Shown piece by piece: positions 12,350 to 21,429 of a DNA stretch of 26,376 bases; position 1 is the first letter of the stretch, and every line of letters starts with the position of its first letter. Where the stretch lies: contig JBJCIZ010001130.1 of assembly GCA_051294375.1 (NCBI GenBank), positions 1-26,376 on the forward strand, written 5' to 3'. Below the pieces are notes generated by a model. The model did no database searches. It was not told the origin of the DNA and was given only the letters and a program-made list of their open reading frames with translations. The position numbers and the translations under genes are program-made. This DNA comes from Paraspadella gotoi. Taxonomy: Eukaryota > Animalia > Chaetognatha.

Positions 12350-12450
12350 TATAACTACTTACAATATAACAACCTACTAAAAATCAACTAATTGCACTAT
12401 TGGCATAGTTTTTTCCGAGAAAAAAAATCATTTCGATCACTGTGCAATGT

Positions 12451-12844
12451 GGGTAATTTTTACTTTCGGAGACTAACTAACCTTAGCTATATTTTTTATT
12501 TGTTTAAAAAAATATTTTGCAGATTTCGTATTAATCGAAAGTAACAAGTTTTATTTCAAATTGGCACTTTTTTCAAACATTCTTTGTTGGCAAAAAGTTA
12601 AAGAAAATTTTGTACATTCTTCGTTTATTGGTTAGGGTTTAGGGGGGGGTGAGGGGAGGTTAGGGTTAATGGTAGTTAGGGTTTAGTAGAGTGACGTGAA
12701 AATAATCAAATTTTATAAAATTAAAATTTTGCATATAGAACATAAAAATAAAAACCAATATCCCTATCTATATATGTATCTATCTATATAGCTAAAGACA
12801 AATAACCGCCCAAAAATCCCAGTCTCCGAATATAAAATTTAGAC
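12451..12844. mobile_element. MITE with imperfect 24-bp TIRs and internal TTAGGG/TTTAGGG-like array
   Basis: GGGTAATTTTTACTTTCGGAGACT (12451-12474) versus AGTCTCCGAATATAAAATTTAGAC (12821-12844). G-rich array ~12630-12686. ATGT on both flanks. Confidence 0.7.
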
Positions 12845-13188
12845 ATGTTTTAATTAAGAAAATAATTACGTTTATTGAGCGAAGGCAGCTTGCCTTTTAA
12901 TACTACAAAAACAAAAATTAAACACCAAACTTTAGAAGAAACTACCTTTGTTTTATTAAAGGGAATCAAGGATAAAAACCAAGGACAGTTATTTTTAAAT
13001 TAGCCTAGTGACAAAGAATTAAGCCGATGATTAATACTATTAATTACATTTTAACCATATCTACTTCCTTTGTTGCAACTAAAAAATACAATAAAGTCTT
13101 GTCTTAAATAAAATTGAAAAAAAAGGCACATACGAAAGCTTTACTGACTTTCGGTGAAAGGGATCTTTGTAACTCGGGTTGATTTGAG

Positions 13189-13409
13189 TTTCCAGAATAA
13201 AACCAGTGTATAAACTATCAATTTCGTTGCGTTTTGAAATTTAGGAGAAAAAAAAACAATTTATTTGTTTTTATCAACGAATTGTATTATTGTTAATACA
13301 TGTTTCGACTCTTGAGTTTTAGAGTCTTCATCATAACTGATGAATAATAACAATAATACAATTTGTTGATAAAAACAAATAAATTGTTTTTTTTTCCAGA
13401 ATAAAACCA
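13189..13409 (-). mobile_element. Penelope-like pseudo-LTR remnant: ~48-bp inverted arms around a hammerhead motif, flanked by a 17-bp direct repeat
   Basis: Inverted arms 13247-13294 / 13349-13396. Direct repeat TTTCCAGAATAAAACCA at 13189-13205 and 13393-13409. Confidence 0.65.
13292..13338 (-). ncRNA. Degenerate minimal hammerhead ribozyme motif HH1
   Basis: Minus strand reads GUUA-UGAUGAA-GACUCU(AAAACUCA)AGAGUC-GAAA-CAUG-UA-UUAAC. Perfect 6-bp stem II; core C3 is missing. Confidence 0.65.
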
Positions 13410-13554
13410 TACAGGGATACGGTGTAAGGGGTTTATTGACCAGGCAGTTAGTAAAAAAATGGGCCTTATAGATGGGAGCTTAAAGGATGTTCTTGATCAT
13501 ATGCAGTTGAGATATAGTTTTACCATAATAAAATGTTAATATTATAAAACTTAC

Positions 13555-13586
13555 CATCTCTGTACGTTTTTCTTTCCATCGTTTTT
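13555..13586 (-). other. Candidate 32-nt micro-exon
   Basis: Near-consensus acceptor TTTTGTTTCAG| and donor ATG|GTAAGT. One frame reads KRWKEKRTEM. Confidence 0.35.
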
Positions 13587-14274
13587 CTGAAACAAAACCA
13601 AATATTTGTTATTTGCAAGTAAAACGTCAACAGATAATATAATACAAAAAATGGCCTCTAATTTTTTTTTCAGGAAGTGAAATTTATCAAGTTAAAACGC
13701 AATAATGTTTAAAATAAAAAAAAAAAATTTCAGAACTAATTTTATTAAAGTCGAGTTTCTTTAACCATTCATTTTATATCGAGTTTGAGCTAATCTTAAA
13801 AAGGACATCCATTCTCTGATGTTTATAATATCTTAAAATAAAGGTAAAGAAGGCGTTGCAGAGAAGAATCAGGCTGGCAAAATAATGCAGTAAAGTACTC
13901 CGATTTTTACACCCGCAATTCAAATTTCAATATATCATTCATCAAAAGTAGATTAAACTAGTAACTAATGTAAAAATCACAACTACCGACTTTGTACACT
14001 AAAAACGACAGAATTGTTTTTATCTAGTTATATCCCCAAAATTGGATATCTAATACTAAATAGCCAATTTTTTAAAAAAAAACTATTTTACTAAGATATC
14101 AACGATGCTCTTCAGCAGGAAAAATAAATTATCCATAACTTTCTAATTAAACAAAAAATATTCATAAAAGTTGTACAAAGTAATATTGTACGATAACATA
14201 AAAATCAAATCAAGATTATAAAAAAAATTAATTAGGAAAAAACAGTTTTGTTTGACAACGATTTATTTGACAAT

Positions 14275-14323
14275 TAGTCAGACATGTTTCGGCTCTTTCA
14301 CTTAAAGCCTTCATCCAGTGCTT
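14275..14323 (-). ncRNA. Degenerate minimal hammerhead ribozyme motif HH2
   Basis: Minus strand reads AAGCA-CUGGAUGAA-GGCUU(UAAGUGAAA)GAGCC-GAAA-CAUG-UC-UGACU. One extra G in the CUGAUGA box. Confidence 0.7.
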
Positions 14324-14998
14324 TTGACAATTCAATATTTTGTCTCTGTTGAAGTAAGTTTTTTGAGAGAAGAGAGAGAGAGAGAGAAAGAAAGAAGAGA
14401 AAAATTGAGGGAGAGTTTCCAACAAAAATTAATAAACAAGCACAACATATTCAATAATGAATAAAAAAAACGGCAAAAAGTTCGCTATTGCAAATGGCGC
14501 AATAGACATCCATTCCATTCAAAAAGAGTTTCAGGACAAGGAGAAGTGCCGCCAACACGGTTGATCTGAGAAATCATAGTTTTGTCATCCAGCCCTAAGA
14601 AAAAAATGAGAATTAAATGTAATAGGTAGACGAGAATCTTGATTTTAAAAAAAATTCAACATTTCTCTAATAGCGAGTTCCGTTCAAATATGACTACCCA
14701 AATTGCCAAATGCGATTGCCAGAATCCGCGGTGAAATCAGTTTCAAGTCCAATTGCCACAACACTCCATGAGTAATTGCGTTCAAATAGTTAATTTTTTT
14801 TTCTATTAAACTCATTTCATTTCACGAATCCATCGAAACTTTATATCCAGCTCAATCACACGGTTCCTACCCACACATAAATTTATTCCAATCCACACCA
14901 ATCCAATCACGAATAATTGGAGTTTTTTGCTAAGATGAGACGCGACGGACATTTTTTGGTATAAATTATCATAATTCTGTTCTAACATGACATATAGT

Positions 14999-15168
14999 GG
15001 CTAAATTTTACTTTCGCCGACCGCGGTTTTGCGGCCTTTAAAATAAAACTACTTAAAAATACTTATTTTTTTTAAAAAAAATTTAAAAAATATTACCTAA
15101 TTACCCTAAACCCTAAACCTTAAACTACCCTTAACCCTAACCCCGGTCGGCGAAAGTAAAAGTAACCC
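14999..15168. mobile_element. 170-bp MITE related to 12451-12844, opposite orientation, with CCCTAA/CCCTAAA array
   Basis: An 18-bp perfect TIR core TTTTACTTTCGCCGACCG / CGGTCGGCGAAAGTAAAA. Flanks CATATAGT and CATAAAGG match 6/8 (possible decayed 8-bp TSD). Confidence 0.75.
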
Positions 15169-16270
15169 CATAAAGGTGTTGAATGCCCTGAATGAATGAA
15201 TATTACTTTGGCAACAAATGTTTGTTTTGGATTATAAATTAAAAACGTTCGTTGGATACTCTTTACGTTTGTGAAAAAGCAAACTTATTTTAAACGCTGA
15301 TAAAAGACTTGCAAAACATCTCTCCTTTTCTCTCTGATAACCTGAAGGTCGAAGTCTGTGTGGCGCAAGGCAAAGCCCCGTCGGTTTCGAGGAAGTCCCT
15401 AAAATTGGGATTCATTCGTAAAACAGGATGCGCCGCCGTGCGGTTGAGGCGTTCCAAGGCGGCACGACGTCGCTCGATGAACTCCTGATATAAACCGAAT
15501 AAGAAATGAGACATAGGATCCAGACGAAGTTAATTCGCGATTTTATAAATAAAGAATATTATTAAAAGATTTCTATTTATCCATATATTTGTATCATTTT
15601 ACCTTTTATCCGGATAGTCAAAGAAAAAGTAAGATGAAAAAACACTTGACAATGACTAAAAGTGAAATCACTGAACGATAAGCAACAAACAAAGTGAAAA
15701 GCAAAGTTTCAAAGACTCGCATCAAAATGTCCGAGTTGCGATTCATTGCGCAAGTGCAAAATTTCTTAAACAAAATACTAGTGCTGCCCTCTTACGAAAC
15801 AACTGATTCCAAATCTTCCTGAACTCAAGTAAATAAAATTCAACAAAATAGCACGCTAAAAGTACGTTAGAAAAATAGTACGAGAAGAGGAAGACAGAAA
15901 TATTTAGATTAATATTCTCTTAACACCATGTTTAAAACATGTTATTCTAAAAAATATAAAATTATGATTTGTAAATATTAAAAAAACAATTTAGATATTT
16001 TATCTCTACAACACCTTCACCTGATAATTATGAAAATATAAGATAAAATCTTTTTCTTAGATAATTAACTTGATTAAAGATTATTATATTAAAGAATTAA
16101 CTGAAAATAGCTAAAGAAATACTAAAAAAAGGTGAATTTCAATATTGTCGCGGACGAAAAAAAATTTTTTTTAGATAAAACTTTTTGAGTTAAAAAAGAG
16201 CTGAGAAAAAGGAACAGAATGACACCCTGACTGAGTGACATTTTTAACGAAAAAAAAAAAATATTTTTGC

Positions 16271-16780
16271 ATACACCCATATATATACATGTTAAAATAT
16301 TAAAACGGTTTTTTTCCATTTTAAAAGCAGATTCGAATTCCTTACGAAAAGTTAATAGAAGAAAATAACTCTTTTTAGTATTCATGGTATAATCCTTTCT
16401 TTCGTTGTTGTAAGAGATTAGCAAAGTTTTTCGAATTTTTTTAAAACGATTTTATTTGTGAAAAAGCAGACATGTTACGGCTCACAATTTCGAGCCTTCA
16501 TCAGCGCTTGACACTTGTGAATTGGAATAAAATTTTTTTAATAAAAACAAAATCGTTGATGAAATAAATTTCAAACTGTTTCTAAATATAATTAACCTAT
16601 AATTTAATTTTTTTTTTATTTTAAGCTAACTTAATGAAAAAATTTTTGATTAAGACTTATATTTTCTTCTATCAACTTTTAATGAGGAATTCGAATCTGC
16701 TTTCAAAGCTAAAAAAAACTTTTTAAATTTTGATATTTTCTATAATAAGTACTATGTAACATGTACAAATATGGGCGTAT
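16271..16780. mobile_element. Old inverted-repeat (MITE/foldback-like) relic in the SNX intron, hosting HH3
   Basis: Perfect 19-bp IR at 16324-16342 / 16685-16703, plus nested outer matches 16271-16294 / 16757-16780. Ends are not defined. Confidence 0.6.
16464..16509 (-). ncRNA. Minimal hammerhead ribozyme motif HH3 (one core substitution)
   Basis: Minus strand reads AAGCG-CUGAUGAA-GGCUC(GAAAUUGU)GAGCC-GUAA-CAUG-UC-UGCUU. 5-bp stem I, 5-bp stem II, GUC triplet; GAAA is changed to GUAA. Confidence 0.75.
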
Positions 16781-17852
16781 ACAATAATTAATAAATTTAA
16801 AAATTTTCAATGTTCTTTAGACTGTTCATGAACAACTATTCGAATATTGATCTGCAACTTTCATAACGCTTTACCGGTCACAATCATAATATTTTCGGAT
16901 TCAAATGTGTCTATTAAATATTTAAATGCTTCAATATTATACTGTGCTTTATTAGTTAAAAAAGTTATTAAGTATATGATGAACAAATGAATTATATATT
17001 ACAAAACTCCTAATGATAAAAAGTGATCAATTTTGGCCTGCCTTAATGGCAATAAATAGCTATTTCGTAATTTGAATAACAAATAAATTGTGAGCAATTA
17101 GAATACATACAGATTACATATACACAAAAAACCGGTGCTCTTCTGACCCGCGCCTCACCTAATAGGTTTGGTATTCTTTCGACAATTTGATGCCGATGGC
17201 ACCCAAAGTGCTCTTTACGAGAAAATCGGAGAAACGCCGACAAACGTAATTGGATTTGCGAAATTCTGGAAGGTTCGTTTTGGTCGTGACCTAAAAAAAC
17301 AATTTCAAATTGACAAAAACGTGGGGCCATTCCAAAGTCTCGGCAGAGGCTGGGCTGGGCCTACCTTGTAAGAAATGTATGCTCCCATTCCTTCTCCAAC
17401 TTTGGCCGGGTTGTGGATGCGGATTTCGAGGAAAAACGTCTCTTCCATAGGTCTGCGATTCATCCTTGGTCATCTGTTGCGGTTCATTTGTGTATTTCTG
17501 TTAGTCATGTCATCAAAGAAAATTGAATACAAACATTTGTTGAAGATGAATAAAACTATTAGAAGAGTTTAAAAAAGTTATTTCTCCCAAAATAAAGGAT
17601 GTGGCCAATCATAAATCCTTGCCAGCGTTTGTACAACTTAATCACAAATGAACAAAACGCACCTGATACGTTTGGGGAGGAAACGCAGGTTCATCCTCCA
17701 AAAACGCCCCCTAGAATATTCCAGAAAAACTTTCAGTCCGGTGAGTCCCTTCAAAAGATGCTTCAAAGACATGATTTTAGGTTTCAAGCAAATCTGTTTT
17801 TCTCTAACATTTGATCTAAAAAAAAGATAAATGCACACATAGAACCAAGATA

Positions 17853-20718
17853 CAGTACCGGAAACCTAGAATTTCGTAAGTCTGTACATGGGATAACTTT
17901 TCCATTTATAAGATAAATGGCTTCAGGATTTTATAGGATGTTGCCTGGATGTCTGGCTATTGCCCATTTAAGCAATTTTTCCAAAAAATAATCTTAAACC
18001 ACTTAAAAATTGGGTCAAAATTTTTTTTAAAAAACTTGCATAGCTTTAATATATTTTAAATTTTTTTCTTAAAATTTTGCTAACTTGTACTCAAGAGGAT
18101 TTGTAAACTTCTGAAGAAATATTGTTAGTATCAAAAAGTTTTTTTTCCATATTTATCAGTGCTAATATTTTAGATGTGTCATTTTTTTTAATGATGCATA
18201 ACTTCCTTATTTGTGAATATTATGGTTTTAAATTTTAGTAATAGGTGGGCCTTGGGTAGTCCTGCAATACATATAAATTTCAATCATTTTGAAAAACTTT
18301 TTGACACAGGTCAAATTTTTTTTAAAAAAATTCAATTGTCAATCCTGCTAAAAATATTATTGCAAATAATGTTATTCTTTGCCTATAAATCAGTTAAAAC
18401 ATTTAAAGTAAGCCTAAAGCAAAAAATTTTTCAAAGTGGGCATCATTGAAAAGAGGGCAACTCAAGGATTCCAAATATATAATCTTTTTACCAAATTTAA
18501 TGTCCCAAAGCTGAGATAATTCTTTCCAAAGTGCTCAAAAATTGAAAAAAACACTACTTTTTAATTGTTAATAAAAATGCGACTAAGATAGTTTTGTTTC
18601 AATACTTAGTAACTAGGTCAAGAATTGTTTATATTTTGTGGTAATGTCATGTCCAGGGAATAAAATAAATATTATAGTAGATTCCTCAATCAATTTTTAA
18701 ATTTGGCAGAACATTTTACTCTTTTTTACCAAGTTTTTAGAGTATACTAAATCAATATACTAAATCAATGAATAATAAATCAATAGACACGTGGTGAAAC
18801 GTTTTATTTGTTAATGAATTAATATCCAAATGAATAAAAGTCCGATGTTGAATCTTCACGAAAGTTTCTTCCCGACAAACGTTTCTATGATTACACAAAA
18901 TAGAATTTGAGAAATAAAAAAATTAATAGTACCAATAGTTGGTGTTATGTCTCAAATAGATGGAAAAAAAACCTTAGGCGTACCAATAGCATCGTCCATG
19001 CCAATTGTTCTTTCAAATAATTTTTTTTATTTAATACATTTGAAAGGGGAAAAAAGTAAATTCGAAATACTGGTGGTATGAAAGTTATAGAAAATCTGGG
19101 CATAGTGACTTGAAAATCATGACCTTTTATGTCTTGCGTAATGGGGCTAGTAAATAAACCCAAAAAATGTAATCATTAAGTCAGTCAATCAGCCCTTTCA
19201 AATAAGTTGTTCTGCGAAATTTTTTAGTGAAGAAAAAAAATTTTTGAGACATAACACCAACTATTAGTACTATTAATTTTTTATTTCTCAAATTCTATTT
19301 TGCGTAATCATAGAAACGTTTAGCATACTCTAAAAACTTGGTAAAAAAGAGTAAAATGTTCTGCCAAATTTAAAAATTGATTGAGGAATCTACTATAATA
19401 TTTATTTTATTCCCTGGACATGACATTACCACAAAATATGAACAATTCTTGACCTAGTTACCAAGTATTGAAACAAAACTATCATAGTCGCATTTTTCAT
19501 TAACGATTAAAAAGTAGTGTTTTTTTCAATTTTTGAGCACTTAGGAAAGAATTATCTCAGCTTTTGGACATTAAATTTGGTAAAAAAATTATATATTTGG
19601 AATCCNNNNNNNNNNNNNNNNNNNNNNNNNTTGAGTTGCCCTCTTTTCCAATGATGCCCACTTTGAAAAAGTTAGCAGAATGCTTATTAAAATCATAATT
19701 TTTAGTAATATATAAAATACATTAAAAATATTTGAAATTTATTTAAAAATTAGGTTTGATGGTATATTTTTAAAAGGTCTAATTATATATTATTTGTGTA
19801 CCAAAAATTTTAAAAATGGATTACTTTTATGTGAAAAAATTTAACAAATTGAAGAGACAGTAATTATTGATAGTGTTAATGACAGAACCGTTCAATATAA
19901 GCAGTCCCTGAGCTTCGGATCAGGCTGTAACACCCAAGTTACAGGCGGGTTAAGCGCCCGTCCCTTTTAACTGCCAGACGACCACCGGGCTAGAACCCCG
20001 GACATTTGGGTTGGGAGCGTGAATGACTTGCCTCCGGCACCAATGGCCCGCTGATGAACGGTTTGGTGGATTTTAGTCCACCATAAAATTATAAAATGCA
20101 AACAATATGCAAATGAGTTTTTAAAAATAATTATAAAAAAATTTGCTTTAGGCTTATTTTAAATATGTTTAACTGATTTATAGGCAAAGAATAACATTAT
20201 TTGCAATAATATTTTTAGCAGGATTGACAATTAAATTTTGTAAAAAAAAAATTTGACCTGTGTCAAAAAGTTTTTCAAAATGATTTAAATTTATATGTAT
20301 TGCAGGACTACCCAAGGCCCCACCTATTACTAAAATTTAAAACCATAATATTCACAAATAAGGAAGTTATGCATCATTGAAAAAATAACACCTCTAAAAT
20401 ATTAGCATTGATAAATATTGGAAAAAAACTTTTTGATAGTAAACAATATTTCTACAGAAGTTTAAAAATCCTCTGAGTACAAGTTAGCAAAACTTTAAGA
20501 AAAAATTAAAATAATATTTAGAGCTATGCAAGTTTTTTAAAAAAAAAATTTTGACCCAATTTTTAAGTGGTTTAAGATTATTTTTTTGAAAAAATTGCTT
20601 AAATGGGCAATAGCCAGACATCCAGGCAACTTTCTATAAAATCCTAAAAGCCATTAATCCTATAAATGGAAAAGTTATTCTATGTACAGACTTACGACAT
20701 TCTAGGTTTCCGGTACTG
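17853..20718. mobile_element. Non-autonomous long-TIR (foldback-like) DNA transposon, TA TSD, CAGT termini (Tc1/mariner type)
   Basis: TA|CAGTACCGGAAACCTAGAA at 17851 and TTCTAGGTTTCCGGTACTG|TA at 20720. Inverted arms 17853-18957 / 19243-20718 differ by substitutions and two large indels; ~285-bp spacer; no transposase. Confidence 0.85.
19852..20051 (-). mobile_element. tRNA-like structured repeat (candidate SINE), fuller copy nested in the right arm of the foldback element
   Basis: Reverse-complement homology to 8127-8300. The head has GCGG(G)CCA...TGGTCGT acceptor-like pairing, an A-box-like TGGTGCCGGAGG and a T-arm-like hairpin. Confidence 0.55.
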
Positions 20719-20741
20719 TACGTGTAAAATAGCGTTGAAAA

Positions 20742-20945
20742 ATCGATATCATCATCTTCAAGTCGTTAAACGTTGTGAACTTTAATTTAGTCAATAGAAA
20801 ACTCCTAAATGTTAAAAGAAATTATTGAAAAACGCAATATTGATGTGCTTTAAAATAGCGAAGATTTGAAAAAAATGGCGGGATGCGGCCCGGGCAGGTG
20901 ATTCCTGCTCAGTCACGTGACTATTGAAGTCAGCTCCGATTGGTT
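20742..20945. promoter_or_regulatory. Promoter-like motif cluster
   Basis: DRE-like ATCGATA 20742-20748, YY1/PHO-like AAAATGGCG 20872-20880, palindromic E-box AGTCACGTGACT 20911-20922 and reverse CCAAT (GATTGG) 20938-20943, within a local GC rise. Confidence 0.4.
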
Positions 20946-21321
20946 CGTTAAGTTTCTAGACCCAGGTCGCTGATTAGTTTTAAAAAAATGGGGATACCGA
21001 AAAGAGGGCGCTTTGGTAAATCGGGGATGGGACATCCCTCCTATCTCATGTTATCTTCAGTTGAAACCGAAATCTATTTATAACCTGAGAAATTCTTGCG
21101 TCACAAGTTGTTTTTTTCTTAATTTTAAATCTTAACCGAAATTTTAAAAGACGAAATTGATAAACCAGTATTTTTTCGGCCTTTGAAAGCCTTCACTGTA
21201 AAAAAAAGCGGCTTAAAAAATGCATTTATTAGAATAAATTAATATCAACAACGATTTCGTTCTCCCTGTTGCTGTTCTAAAAATTATTTTTTCCATCGAT
21301 CTTTTTTTTAATCATCGACAA

Positions 21322-21429
21322 ATCTCTTCATTCTTTTCCTCCTCCTCCGTTGTAGAAGCCTTCTTCACTTCAGATCCGTTCACCCCATCCTTACATCAGT
21401 CTTCTCATCTCCGGCTCGTTGAGAGAGAT
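21322..21429. other. PacBio SMRTbell adapter remnant (technical contamination)
   Basis: ATCTCTTCATTCTTTTCCTCCTCCTCCGTTGT...GTTGAGAGAGAT matches the SMRTbell hairpin ATCTCTCTCTTTTCCTCCTCCTCCGTTGTTGTTGTTGAGAGAGAT, with ~65 nt of noise inside. It lies exactly on the palindrome axis. Confidence 0.95.

Larger units (their letters stand above)
15342..17772 (-). pseudogene. SNX1/2: Unprocessed (intron-containing) sorting nexin 1/2 pseudogene, PX-domain region
   Basis: Exons: 17663-17772 (tentative first exon); 17365-17497 (FLEIRIHNPAKVGEGMGAYISYK); 17159-17290 (VTTKTNLPEFRKSNYVCRRFSDFL-VKSTLGAIGIKLSKEYQTY*); 15342-15484 (EFIERRRAALERLNRTAAHPVLRMNPNFRDFLETDGALP). GT-AG introns, phase 0 across the PX exons. 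The KVGxGMxAY, RRFSDFL and ERRRAALE motifs are typical of SNX1/2. Carries frameshifts, a TAG at 17161-17159 and an in-frame deletion. Confidence 0.85.

Noticed and set aside
12630-12686. Interstitial telomere
   Set aside because: Short, irregular array enclosed by TIRs and homologous to the array in the 14999-15168 MITE.
17168-17830. Plus-strand and off-frame ORFs listed in the track
   Set aside because: Shadows of the minus-strand SNX exons.
20051-20090. Plus-strand CTGATGAA followed by a hairpin as a fourth hammerhead
   Set aside because: No GAAA box, stem III or cleavage triplet after the hairpin.
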